64,000 nucleotides of DNA from Spirogloea muscicola (taxonomy: Eukaryota). The notes beneath the pieces are model-generated. The model was not told where the DNA came from, ran no database searches, and saw nothing but the letters and a program-made list of their open reading frames with translations. The translations under genes were made by a program, and so were the position numbers. Below are positions 18,795 to 32,200 of this stretch, piece by piece. Position 1 is the stretch's first letter, and each line of letters starts with the position of its first letter. The DNA lies in NCBI GenBank assembly GCA_009602725.1, contig WELB01000012.1:217430-281429 (forward strand), in the 5' to 3' direction.

Positions 18795-21541
18795 TTAGAC
18801 AGTGGCTACAGCTGGCAATGCAGGCAGCATGAGCATGGGTTTGGCAACCTCGTGAGCGCGCTCAGGACCGAGGAGCTCACCAACCAGTGCCAGCGCAAAT
18901 TCCATGGCAGTGCCCGGACCCCGGCTGGTAATGACTGAGCCGTCAATGACCACCCTGGCTTCCACAGCCGACTGGTCCGAAAGCTTTTCGGAGAAGGCGG
19001 GATGAGCAGTGGCCTTCTTCTCGGCCAGAAGGCCCTGCGCCTCCAAGACCACCGCTGGCGCGGCACAGATGGCAGCGATCAAACGGCCCTGCTTCGCCTG
19101 CTCCTTGAGGATGTCCACAAGGGCTGCTGAGTCGGCCAGCCTCTCCGCACCCGGCATGCCTCCCTGCACACTCACGTGATAGCACGAGCTGATGCTCGGC
19201 TCTCGCACACAAGCAGAGATTGTACACATTATAGCAGTCAATGCTACTTAGCTTGTCACGGACTGGCAAAACATGCTTCCAATATGGGGACCCCAATACA
19301 AGGCAGCACTGGTCCAACTTACTGGTAGCACAATGAGATCAAAAATGTGGCCTGCAATTTCTTCTATGAGCTTATCAGCCACAAGCTTGACTTTTCGCGA
19401 GGCAACAATCGCCAAATCATTCTCCACAGAAGCCACTGTGACTTCTACACCTGCACGTCGGAGGATGTCAATCACAATGACAGCCTCCATCTCCTCCGAC
19501 CCATGTGCAATGGGTACCAATACCTGCAGAAGGATATCTACTTGTGGCTCAGGTCAACAGCACATAATTTCTAGCTGTTGGAACGACAAGGCGCCTCTGG
19601 CATTCATATCAGACGTAAGCAACATTGCACACAGATCTATAAAGGTACAACCGTGGCAAGTCCAGAATGATGGGACCCCAAAAGAGCACCAGGATGGACG
19701 AAAGCAATGCAAGAATGTGTCTGAGCCCTCATTCACCTTGATTGCAGCCTGCTTGCTCCTCAGAGCAGATGCTGAAGATTCACTGAAATCCCGCCGATAT
19801 ATGTCTTGGCCATCGCCCTTGGTCATGACCTGAATCACACAACTATGGGTGTGTCTGTCAGGCAGCAGAAAAAGCATGGCAGGCAAGCACGCAGTGGCTC
19901 AATGATAATGGGAACTGTTAAAACAACAAGACGGAAAGTAACCCTCTGGAAACAAAATTTGTAAAAGTTGTGAAAGAGTTTGCCCAACAAATAGCGCAAG
20001 AGCAAATACTGACACCGCTGCACCCCGGCCAAGGTGCGCGATGAGGTACAGACCCCCACAAGCATATCCTTAATTGCCTATGCTTATCAATAAGATTGCC
20101 ATAGTCATGTTGGCCACTAGGCGTACCATGGGTACCCTGACTTTCTCAGCTTGCTCGGGCCCGTACAGTTGCTCCACAAGGGCCAGAGCAAATTCCATGG
20201 CAGTGCCCGGGCCTCGGCTGGTGAGCAAGTGACCGTCATGCACGACGCGCTGCTCGGCCGCGTCGGCATTGGAGAGCTTGCTGACAAAAGCAGGGTGGGC
20301 GGTAGCCTGATGAGAGCGTGGCAGCACCACAGGTGGCGCACATCAGTCCTTCCTGCTGCACAGAATCTGAGGCTGCTCCTGCGGTACACGCCAGGGAAGG
20401 AGGTGCTGAGCGAGGACTCTGCGACGGCTGTGATAAGACATCTAGATGACCTTCAGTCATGGTGTAGAAGGTTGCACGCATGCACCTGCTTGCCCTGCAA
20501 GAGGCCCCAAGGTTCCAGCGCCACCGCCGGAGCCGCACACATTGCACCATACAGGCGGCCGCCTTGTGCCTGCGCTACTGTGATGTCCTTTAGGGCCTTG
20601 CTGTTGCATAGCCTCTCGGCGCCTGGCATGCCACCCTGCAAGCAAGAAGCAGGGCTCTCAACAACATGACTTGCATCAATACATAAAACGACAGATGACG
20701 ATACAACAGCCGCGAGATAGGGAAACACAGCTCCATTACTGAGACCACATTGAACTCGCGCAAGCCTTTCCCGCCGCAATTCATTGACGAAGAGGGACGA
20801 GCAGAAGTGGCTGTCACAACGTGGTGCACAGCGGCCTGCTCGAGCCCACAGGGCGGGGGAAGCCATCCGCGAGGTCAGGGCTTGCAGACGACGGCTGTGG
20901 AGCCCCAGGGCTTGCGTGCTCACCGGAAGCACCACGAGATCAAAGAGCTGGTCGAGGCAGTCGGCGATGAGGGCGTCGGCGACGAGCTTCACGCCGCGGG
21001 AGGCGGTGATCTGCGCGTCGTCCTCCACTGACGCGACGGTCACGTCGGCGCCGGCCCTCCGGAGAACGTCCACGAGGATGACGGCCTCCATCTCCTCCGT
21101 GCCCGTCCCCACTGGAACCAGGACCTGCCGTCAACCAGTGCGCCATCGCAAAACATGAGCTGCAGGCTGCACGGCCAGGCGAGGCGCCACGCCCAGCGGG
21201 CGACGCGGGATCTCACCCTCGCAGAGGATGGCGCGGCGGTGCCGTCAGGACGCGCGGCGGCGGCGGCCATGGCGCTCCTGCGCGGCGGCTGGAGGTGGAG
21301 GCAGCGGCTCTGCGCCAACTTCGGCACGGGCGGCGCCGCGGGGCTGGCCGTGTGACAGCCACCGGCCCGGCGGCGCGAGATGCGGCAGGAGCGGCGCGAG
21401 AGCGGCGGCGGTGGCNNNNNNNNNNNNNNNNNNNNNNNNNNNNNNNNNNNNNNNNNNNNNNNNNNNNNNNNNNNNNNNNNNNNNNNNNNNNNNNNNNNNN
21501 NNNNNNNNNNNNNNNNNNNNNNNNNNNNNNNNNGGGGGCGG

Positions 21542-21572
<31 letters not shown>

Positions 21573-21578
21573 GGCCAT
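18795..21578 (-). CDS. DJ-1: DJ-1/PfpI family protein with two tandem DJ-1 domains and a probable transit peptide
   Basis: Two copies of VLVP..G(T/S)EEMEAVI..D(V/I)LRRAG..VTVASVE, LPGGMPGAERL, A(M/I)CAAPAV, ATAHPAF and TSRGPGTAMEFALALV. Possible ATG at 21578 (across the gap) or 21270. Confidence 0.94.
21416..21533. other. Assembly gap within the GC-rich first exon of DJ-1
   Basis: Run of N flanked by (GGC)n. Confidence 1.
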
Positions 21579-21844
21579 TCCAGTTATCCCGTCGTCGGCG
21601 ACGAGGGAGTGTGTGCGTCTTCTGAATTTCCGAAGCGCGGCGGGTTGCAATCTCGGAATCAGTCCACCCCCCACCAACCCCCCCGGTGCTTCCCTTTGTA
21701 CTATGCCATTTGGCCTTTGTTTGTTTCAAATACACGAAGATATTCCCCCCGGAAGCCCGGGGTTGGAGTCCTGGCGAGCACACCGTGGCGCGGCACTGGC
21801 GCCACTCGGTAATGGAGCCCTCTTCGCCGTCATGCTACTAGTGT

Positions 21845-24080
21845 CCCGCAGGCGAGGTGAGCCGGCCGACTTCAACGCCGCTGGCTCAGGGGCCCAAGTC
21901 TATCGCATGCGGTTGTCGGAGTCCCTTCAACTTGGTGTGTAGTTGTCTTTCCTGGCACTGTTTTGTGGCCTTCCGAGGCCTGCGGACAATGTCCATTCTG
22001 TTCTGGGCTTGCTTTGCTAGCCCCTCTTTTTCTATGGGCGAGCCCTTCCCCTTCAGCGGTCCATGGCAAACGCCTTGCATCTGCGTGCTGGCCGGGCTGT
22101 CGCTGCAGCCTCTGGCTTTCGCCAGGGATTGTATTCCGGCAGCTAGTATGTCGGATTTGAGGCTCCTCACTCGTCGCTACTGAGTGGTCCATCCTCCGCC
22201 CGTTCTGCCATAGCGCTTTAGGCCCCTCCGTCATTTGGCCCCTTCGAACCTTTGTCCTTTTTTTCGGGCTGGCTTTTCACAGCCCTTGCCCCCATTGGGA
22301 GAGCCACTTCTTCATGCTAGGCGATTGCGCGCTTTGGGCTTGGTGTAGCCCATGGAAGAGGAAAGCAAAGAGCTCCTCCAAGAGAAGGGCTCGCCCATTG
22401 AGGATAGGGGTTGGGAAAGGCCAGCCCAAAAAAGAATGAACATAGTACGAGAAGGGGCCAGAGGGAAGCACTAAGAAAAACAAGCACAAAAAGAATTCAA
22501 GCAGCTACGAAGCACTCAGTAACCCCTGCTGAGCAGCCTCTGGTCAGATAAACTTCAAGAAGAAGAAGTGGCTCTCCCAAGGGGGGGCAAGGGCTGTGAG
22601 AAGCCAGCCCGAAAGGAATTGACAAGGTTCGAAGGGGCCAAATTACGAGCTAAGCAGCGACTGCGGGGCCCCTCTTCAAGAGCCCCTCTTCTCTAGGGGC
22701 TTCCCTCTAGCAGCTCCAGAAGTGGATGATGGACAGGTCTTCAAGGCCCTCATCGGCTTTCCCGGCCCTCAATCTCACCTCTGCCATCCCTCCTGCACTG
22801 TTGCTGCCCCACTCATCCCGCAGCTCCAGAAGTGGTCGTAGGACGGGTCAACAAGGCCCCCTTTTCTTTGCATTAAATTTGTCTGAACAACGTACTGGCT
22901 TGAATTGGCCACGCTTTTATTTCAAGCGAATCGCGCGCCTTCTCTCTCTATTGGCGAGCACTTTCCTCCAAGAGATCAGGAGACCAGTTTCTCCAACCTG
23001 CGGCTGCTTTAGCAGCTGCGAGTTACTCAAACTTGCTGCTGCTCACCCGTGGGTACTGAGCTTCCCTCTGCGTTGTCTTGTGTCTAGCTGTGTAGTTTTT
23101 CTTTTCGGCACCTATGTTTTGGCTCTTTGAACTCTATCCATTCTTTTGGGCTGGCATTTGCCAGCCCCTCTTCTCTACGGGCGAGCAATTTCTGTAGGGG
23201 TTAGTGAGTCTTTCATAGCTGCTTGATTGCCTGTGTGCTTTAGCGCTGTTTGGAAGCGCTGTTTCTGCTGTTTTGCGCTTTCCCTTGAGGAGAAGTGGCT
23301 CTCCCATGCGCTTTCCCTTGGTCCCCTCGAACTATGTTCATTCTTTTTTCTGGGCTGGCCTCTCCCAGCCACCGCCCTCTCCTGGAAGCGTCTTTCTTCC
23401 TCCAAGATGACGGCATTGGCTGGAAGAGAAGAGGGTGAAAAGCATGAAACTACTCTTCGTGACCTCAGCGAGGGGGCGCTCAACAATCTCTAGAGGCAGT
23501 TTTCAGATGAGAATGACAAGAAGGCCCACAAAGTAGGAAGAAATGGAGTGTGTATCAAGTGATGGAGGGCCTGAGTGGCCAAGTACAAAGAGAAGGACGC
23601 TTCCAGGGTAGGGCGGTGGCTGTGAAAAGGCCAGCCCAGAAAGCCCAGAAGAATGAACCAAGTTCGAAGGGGGCACATGGACCCTGCTTCCTAGTACTTG
23701 CTTGGCTGTGCGTGCTAGCCCCCGGCCGGCGGCCCGGCGCACGCCCCCAGCACCCTGGTCCTCCGGCTCCGTGTACGTTCCTTTGGGCCATCGCCTTGCA
23801 CTGCAGGAGCTAGTTCTCCTCTCATTAGGCACGCTTGGGCTAGCCTCCACAGCCATCGCTTCTGCGGAAGAGCTCCTTCGCCTGGGCTGGATGGCTCGTC
23901 TCCGCAGCCAAACGGCCTCCTTTGGGAGTGTGCCCCCCTACTGACTGCTTCGTAGCTGCTTTTTGTGCTTGTTGTTCTTAGTGCTTCCCCTGGCCCCTTC
24001 TCGTCCTTTGTTCATTCTTTTCTGGGCTGGCTTTTTCCAGCCCCTATCCTCAATGGGCGAGCGCTTCTCTCATGGAGTTT
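21845..24080. mobile_element. Second cluster of CRE-like 3' fragments, both orientations, in the DJ-1/carrier divergent region
   Basis: ORF ends SMSDLRLLTRRY-stop (22183), SYSNLLLLTRGY-stop (23059) and a minus-strand end near 22517. Hairpins at 22266, 23148, 23352, 24024 (+) and near 22420, 22600, 23630 (-). Confidence 0.9.
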
Positions 24081-24563
24081 GCTAACTGATGCCAGAATAC
24101 CGGACGGCAATCGGTGGCCCCACCGCCTCGGGAGACAGCGGCCCGGACTTTCTCATGGTTCATGCATCGGGCCGGCGGGAAGGACCTCACCCTCCCATTC
24201 CTTTCCCCCGCTCCCCCCCTCCCCGGCCGGCGCTCTCGCCTTTGAGGTGGCCCCCTTGCCATGGGCGGTCCCCCACCCCCCCCCGCCGCTCTCGGGCGCC
24301 CCGCCGTCCTGGACAACACAAACACNGCACGCCACCGCGCCCGAGCGCTGCGGAGGCCTAGTCGCCCGGCGTTGGGACTGGAGCCGCAACTCCCTATGCG
24401 CCAGAAAATGCGGGCCTGCCGGATAGTGGATTGTGGCTCGCCGACGCCTGGGAGCATTGCGCCAGGCAGCGTGCGGCACGTCGCCCGCGCATTGCTGTCA
24501 CCTTAGTGCGCGAGCGCCGGCGGGGCTGCTGCCGCTGAGCGGGTCCATGGTTGCGTTCAACAG

Positions 24564-27500
24564 ATGGCAGAGGCGCTCCAACGCCAGGCAGTTGTCAGGT
24601 TCAGGACAACTGACGCAGCCCCCGCTCTAGTGGCCTGTGCCTTCCTCCCAGCCTTCCCACCGTGCGAGGAGACATTCGAGTTTGCAGTCAGCGGGGAGGA
24701 TGGCCACATCTCCATAGTCCCAGCATCAGCGTTACAAAGGGAGGAGAGGCGCTGGAAGCAGCGGGCAGGGCAGCACCAAGCCAGCGCAGGGTGCAGGAGC
24801 GGGCTAGCGGAAAGGGTAGCTAGCCTGACTGCTTCATTATGCAGCAACGGTGCCGGACCTTTTGTGAAGGATGTGTACAAGGTAGTGCATCATCTGCAAG
24901 TAGCTCTCTTGGGGAGTGGACCTCTGCAAATCTTGCAACCTCAGTCTATAGGAGACAAGCTATGGAGGGGCCTTGTCAAGAAGGTATCGTCTTTGTCTTC
25001 TTGGATGTAGAATCATCGGAATGTTAAGCATGTTGACTGCATTCTGTTGGCGCCACCCTCATGCACTGCTCTTGTCAGCATGATAGCTGCCTAAAGACAG
25101 CCTCCAGGCGCATGGGAAAACCTGCAAACCTTGTCATTGACAAATTACTGCGTCTTGGTCTTGGTCTGACAGGTGCAGCAGAAGAACAAGCAGCGCAGCA
25201 AGTATCTCAGAGCAGCATTTGATGAGATTGATCAGAACAAAGATGGAAAGCTGACCGAAGATGAAATTCGAGCATATGCCATCAAGCACAAGCTCCCAAC
25301 ATCATACATCCGGGAATTCCTGGACTCTGCCAAGCATAGATCGGGAAGCTGGCCTTGGGAACGGCCCCGCTATTACGGCTTTGCCTCGGCTGCTTCGGCT
25401 GCTCTTCAAAGTACAGAAGATGAACGAGGACCAAGGTCTGGGTCCTATGTGGACCATCTGAGTACTACCACCCACTTTGGCTTCTACTTAGGTCACTTGG
25501 TTGGTGCTTACAATTTGTACTGGATTGAAATTAGCACCGTTTGGTAGCCTCGAAGCTGCCGATGAAGATTCAAATGCTCCTGGCAAGTTATCTGTCGTGC
25601 TGGAGATTTCTCAAGGTGCTTGCGCCTCTGCTCGTTCTTCTGCAGATTGAGCTTCCTAAGTGCAGTAGACGATCACCTGGAGCAGAGCATTGACTTCACT
25701 TCTTTCCAAGATTTTGTGAGGGCTAAGGATCGAGCCATTTATGACTCATTCACAAGGATAGATACCAATGGTGACGGCAGAATCTCAATGGCAGAACTTG
25801 AGAAGAACTTCAAGGTAAGACCTTCCTACTTGGTAGCTTGTTGATATGTCTATATCGTGGAGCGCTGATGTCCAATGAAAGCAACTCCATCTGCTATTTT
25901 ACTTAAGTAACGTGAAACTTTGACCTTTCCAATGCAGCAAGTCAGGGTTCTGTGTAGTGATTCCGGATCAATCAAGCCCGTCAGGAAGGCATGTCTGGCT
26001 GACATGATGAAGCGTATGAACATGGGAAGGAGCAGCTCTATCTCGTTTCAGGTTGTTCATCTTGCGAACTCGAAACCTCACATCTTCAGTATCCTACTGA
26101 CAAGGTCGATTGCATGGAGTCTTGACTATGTCTGCTTGCTACACTCAGACCAGTAGCCTAATGTTGCGCCTTGGTTGTGCGCCCTTTGCAGGAGTTTCGG
26201 GACTTTTTCATGCTCCTGCCAAAATCAGAGTACCTCTTGGATTATTGGCTGGATGCCAGCTGCTGTGCGGCTGGCCTTGATACTGGCTCCAACCTCCAGA
26301 TATTGATCAGAGCACATGAGGCTGGACGACAGCTCAGCAGCAGCCGAGGCAGTCCACTTAACCACCTGCTAGCTGGTGGTCTTGCTGGAGCCATCTCTAG
26401 GACTGCCACGGCACCACTGGAGACTCTACGGTTGCAGATGATGGTCTCCTCCACATCAAAGACATCCTTGCATTCAGCGATACAGGTCTGTTGATCTCTG
26501 CCGCTTTATCCTCAAAGGGAATGCTGTGCATGACGAACGTGGAAATGGGCATAGCACGGCAGGTACACAATGCCATTTTTGAGGACTCCCTACTTCTATC
26601 AATGATTAGTGCCTCATATACATAGCAATTGTACAAATAGCCCAACTGTAGGGGGCACACTTGTGGTGCAAAAGATAGCGACCACATAAGCTACAGTCTC
26701 ATACCTGTGGTCTGACTGGGAGAAGTATTTCCTCAAGAAGGTTGCCCTTGTCTGCTGCAGCAAGTAGTCGGCGAAGCAGGTTGGAGAGGGTTCTTCAAGG
26801 GCAACCTCACAAATGTGCGAAGTGGTCTTGCCACCAGACACATCCTTACATCTCATTTCTGCAATTTTGCGACATTCTTAGTCTGTCCCCAAGCAAGTGC
26901 TGAGAGAGTCCACTTAGTTTACTCAGTTAAGCAGCGTCATCATAACCTACAAGCTGAGTAGTAGTCTCCTATGGAGAACAGCAATCAGCATGTCATTCAG
27001 TTTCAAAGCATACTTCCTGATTGTGGCACTTTGTCTACATTAGGTGCTGAGGTCATCGCCACAGAAAGCCCTGGATTTTTTTGCTTTTGAGGCCTATAAA
27101 GGCTTCTTCAGGCACTTTGGCAGTGAGGTGAGAAATCTGACATTGGGACTGCACTTTGGCAATGAACTTGGTGTACAACAGCATGCCCAATCTTCTAGTT
27201 GTTTTCGAAATTGCTTGATCTGATCCTTTTGAAAGTTGCTTACCTTGATCATTCCCAAGTTTTGTGACAATGAGGATTGTTACGTGCAGCATGCCAGCTT
27301 GCAGATTGTTGCTTCAGGCGCCCTGGCTGGAGCCACGTCCTCACTGGTCCTCTACCCATTGGATGTCATTCGCAGCCGTTTGACGGTGCAAAGTGCTCAG
27401 CAGGTATGGGGTCCAGCTCTTGGTGCACGTATGGAATCCTTTCTGCCATTTGAGACAATTTTGACTGCGGGCATGGCTAATGGTATCATATTGGTGTATT

Positions 27501-28467
27501 CATTTGTTGTGTAGTACAAGGGTATACTTGATGTCTTCGTGAAGACAGCCAGGCACGAAGGGATTGGCGCATTCTACCGCGGTAAGCAACTTGAAAGGCA
27601 GCCATTCTCAATTTGCAGGCTACCTTAACAACCATTCTCGATCTCGTTTTAGTCATCTGGTCTACCAGCTCGTCCATAGGACCCGTTCCCTTCATAATGC
27701 TAAACAATGCAGCTGATTTATTGCCTTGTCTGCATTGCAATCTTGACAGGTCTGGGCCCGAGCATTATTGCCATCATTCCAGAAGCGGCTATCACATATG
27801 GCTGCTTTGACCTCCTGAAGAATGCGTACAAGCAGGTCACCAATGTCCAAGAGCTTGGAGTGCTCCCAGCACTCGCTTGTGGCGTTACATCGGCCTTTAC
27901 TGGTGGGACTCTCACCGCTAGCCAGTCCAATACCTTGTTGCGTCATCTCTCTGTGTGTGTAGAAACAGGCATTGAGATACCTTCTCAGATCAACCTTTGC
28001 CAAGTGGCGGAGCGTGTCAGTTTAATTGAGAAGCACTTATATTAAGAGCTCACTCCTGATTGTACAAGTGCACAACGGGCTCAACTCATTGCTGACGTGC
28101 GACTCGATGATCGCTTGCCGCAGGCCAGCTTGTCGCGTACCCCTTTGAGCTGGTCGCCCGCCGCTTCCAGGTCGGTGCAACCTCATACAAGAACATGGGC
28201 GAGGCTGTGGCCCACATCGTAGGCAAGGAGGGTGTTGGGGGACTGTACAGAGGCATCGTGCCAGCCTCGTTGAAGGTCATCCCCATGGCCATCATCAGCT
28301 TCGGCGTATACGAGTCGGTCAAGTCTGGGCTGGCGCTTGCTTCCCAGATAGAGGAGCGGCGGCGCATCGAGCATGCTGCGCTGGAGGCTGAGAAGCGGCA
28401 ACGCGTGCATCGCGTGCTCGCGCTTGACTCGCTTGTGCCAAGCACCACTGTCTGTTGCCAGACATGA
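24564..28467 (+). CDS. EF-hand-containing mitochondrial carrier family (SLC25) protein; start uncertain
   Basis: EF hands DQNKDGKLTEDE and DTNGDGRISMAE. Three carrier repeats (APLETLRLQM, YPLDVIRSRL, YPFELVARRFQ) with GFFKGN, AFYRG and GLYRG. Confidence 0.9.
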
Positions 28468-29221
28468 ATTAGGGCATGCCCGCCGCTGTACAATTTAGAT
28501 AGGGCCCCATGCTGCAAGACAATTGTTCTTGCTGATGCCAATTCCAGGCGCTGTTGCCAGCCCAGGCAAAATGACCTGGATGTTTCAACCGCCTGCTTAG
28601 TAGCCATCACTGCTTGCACCAGGCAGCCCAGAGCTTGCTGATGCAGTTCTGCATTCCTCATTTACTGAGAGTCTAAGGCTCCTGTTCACAGTGCCCCTCC
28701 ACAGCTACTTTCACCGGTGTAGTGATCAGGGCGACCAAAGTTTCTTAGCAAATATCAATTCTAATTAATTGAGAAAATCTTTTGAACTGATGTATTCTAA
28801 GATCTATTCATGGTACGTGGCCTGAAAGCAGAGACTTGGCAACTGGATGCTTGGCGTCCTCCACGAGAATCTGTACGCGCAATAGCGCGAGCCTCCAGCT
28901 GGCAAGCCAACAAGAGAACGTCATTCAAAGCCTCCACCTCATCAATGGGGAGACTTCAGAGTAAGACATTGATGCACCTCTATAGAGTGGTCCCATCTAG
29001 CTCCCATGCAGTCTTGATCAACGAAAACAGCTAAAGAGTAGAACAGCGGGCGTTCGAAGGTGAACCAACCTTACAGCTGGTAGAAGGTTGCTCAATTGCT
29101 GCTGTCCTCAGTTTGACTCGTAGAAAGGCCTGCTTTTTGGGTACTGACGAAGAATCGCAAATCAAGCTATGGCAGGCTCTGCCTGAGGGCGGCTGGTTTG
29201 TCAGGCTGCAAAGCTTGCCTC

Positions 29222-32200
29222 TCAGGAAAGAGGCTGTGCACATGCATCAATATACGCTGCAGCCTCCTCTGCAGGGAGGCCGAGGCCGTCAACCAGGCCG
29301 TTGCAAATTGCCTGCTTGTAGCTAGCGGATGGTGGATAATCCGTGGGCAGTGCTTGTGGGTGGGGGCTTTCAAGGTCGGCCAAGGAGCACCTGCAAGCAT
29401 CGGAGATCACTAGTTATGCCAACCACATCTTGACACACTCTCATCAGTACAACTTGCGGTTGCCAACTGTGAGCAGCTTGCACACTAAACTTCTGTGCGG
29501 AGCACTCTGATACCTAGCATACAAAAGAGCACCAAGTATCTGCAATACTACTACAGCTGCTGAATCGCATGATTGAGGTTGTGCATGCCACGGCAACCAT
29601 TGCTTACGTGAATGTCAAGATTGGCGCCCCATCTCTTTCTCCAAGGTATTTGAGAGTTCCGTACCAACCACTCTGCATAGAAACAGCAGACAGGCCGTCA
29701 GTGAGCAGGCCAGGTCTGCATGCAACAGGAGCTGCGCCTCTAGTGCTTCATGTATAGAGGACTTTTCTGCGTGATTAGTGCGAAAGCAGGATATACCAGG
29801 AGTGGCAGAGGTTCTCACTAGGAGCTGAAGGGTGTTATACGAAGGTGCAACATCAGGCCCTTGCAGCAAGGGCAGGTTGCTAGGCGCAAAGATATGGGCG
29901 TTGCTGCCTGGGGCCACAGACCGTATGTTCTCTTGGAGGATAATGTCGTTGAACTGGTCCCACCTGCACCAGGATGACAGCGTTCGACATGTCAAGCTGC
30001 TGGTGGCCCACAAAAGGTGAATAGTTGTCCTTCCACAAAGAAATGCGTCTCCGGCAAAGAGACACAAAAGCACAGAGCAGACAGGGTCTTACGCAATGTT
30101 GTAAATGCGGACCCAGCTCATGGTGGTGGCGGAAGGCCTGGGATCCAGGAATGCAACCCCGCCAAGGCCCCACGTGGCTGTCTTCCTGTGGCCAAAAAAC
30201 ATTCGGTGTGGCACCTGGATCCAGCCTGATGCAGCTGGCGGCCTTTTATCCTTGCACCCCACGCAGGGCTGCGCCATGCCCACCACCTGTGCCAGCACAA
30301 GAGCCGGGGTTGCCACTATCATAACCAGGCAAATAGATCTACAGTTATTCTAGCAATTATCTTCAAAATGCTCATGAGAATGTGTGAGGCCAAATTGAAC
30401 ATAACATCCAACACCTTGTGTACCGGGAGTGTGCCAAGTCAGACCCGGCAGCCTCCCTAGTGTCACCTGACCGCCCCGAATGTAGCACAGGAAGCGCTCC
30501 TCCCACATGTTGGAACCATAGCTCGCGTACCACACACGACTGGTGCTCAGCAAGGCAGAGCTCTCACTACCTGCAGCTGTGGCTGCTTCGGCAGCACCCT
30601 GCAGTCCCTGCGACTCGCTGTCCCCATCCTCGATTTCCCGTCCAGCCTCTGCCGCATCTAAGAGCCGCTCGCTTGATGTTGCTCCGGCATGCATCACTGC
30701 AGCATCTCCGTCCGTGAAGTCATTACTAGCTCGAAGCTGATCCTCTGTATGATGCCCTGTTGGGGCTGAAAAGCTGGTGCTGATAAAAGCGGCGCCATTG
30801 TGACCATCCGCAATAGTCTCGAGTATGGACAGCTGATTGATGTCTGCGACAACTTCGGGATGCCTGGCTGAGCTAGGGCGCCTGCTCTGAGGTGAGACCG
30901 TGGGAGTGTCTCTGAGCACATGACTGGCTGCAGCTGCCAGGTTGCGTTGCTCAGCTGCCTCGACCTCAAGTACGCCATGGCTTTCCGGTTTTGTGTTCGA
31001 GGAAATCAAGCTTGTAGAAGTGGCATGGGGGCTGGGCTTCAATCTGCTGGCTGAGACCTGACAGAGGAAAGGTTGAATGCAGCAAAATTCAGTATGGTGG
31101 CTGCCTGCTTGACGGCGAGGAGCACAATTGCAAAGGGCAGACAATGGAACAACATTGAGCTGCACACACTCTGCTGATGGACATAAAAAAGGTGCAACTA
31201 CTTCTGCAGCTAACAACCCCCCGTTAACAGTCTAAGGATGCCATGGTCGATTCTGTTATATGACAAATCACCAGCGTTGGCCTTGTGCATTTAAGGTACA
31301 AAGGATCACTACTAGCCGATTTCTTTCTAGTAACGGCGCTAAGCTTACCATGGTGCCGCGGTCCTGCCCTGCAGTAGCAATAGCCTGGATTGGCGAATCC
31401 TTGAGCTCCAATGACTCGATGGAGAGATTGCTAATTGCAACATTGACATCGAGGAGGCTCAGCGCCGTGCTCAGAGCGGGCCAGTACGAGCTGAGCTCCT
31501 TTCGGACCTGGGCACACCACAATCATGCTTGAGTAAAGGTGACAGTTGCCGCCAATGCGTTTCAATGATAAACTTGTCAATCAACTCATTGATGCTGTAA
31601 CAGCCAGCGTTGAAGCATCGCAGCAAGCATGTCACCTTGATCACGACGTCAAAGGTCTGAGGCCGGAGCTCCTTGCGACTTTGAAGTGGAAGCTCTACAG
31701 GGCCATCGCCCAAGAGGCTTGCAGTGCAGGCCGCATAGGATGCAGATATTGACTTCAGGTTGTAACCGCCCTCTAGGGCGAGCACAACCTTGCCGTCAGC
31801 CAGCGTCAGCAGCTGCAGAATAACCAATAGTGCCTCTTTCAATAGTCGTTAGATACCAGCAGAGGAAAGATGCTACCATGCTTCACACAGTCAGGTATAC
31901 TAAATATCTGCAAATTAAAGACAGTGAATGAATGCCCTCAGAAGTCATGAAAAGACATCCTACTAACCTTCTCGGTCATGTGGGAATAGCCATATGGCGT
32001 TAGGCAGCAGCCCCCTAGAGGGTCACCTTCCGCTGCAAGACAGCACAAGTATCAACTTGCGGCAAAGTACATGCCGCAGAGATTGTATCAACACTCTGGA
32101 GATCATCACTTCTGAGAGCGACTTGTTATTTTTAGAATCTTTCCATAGCTGGACAGTATGAGCACCTCAGAAGGAGTACTTGCCAGCATCAAAGCCGCCG

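Noticed and set aside
21845..24080. Short repeats as SINEs or MITEs
   Set aside because: No Pol III A/B boxes or TIRs are evident. The variable 5' ends and retained ORF termini fit truncated LINEs.
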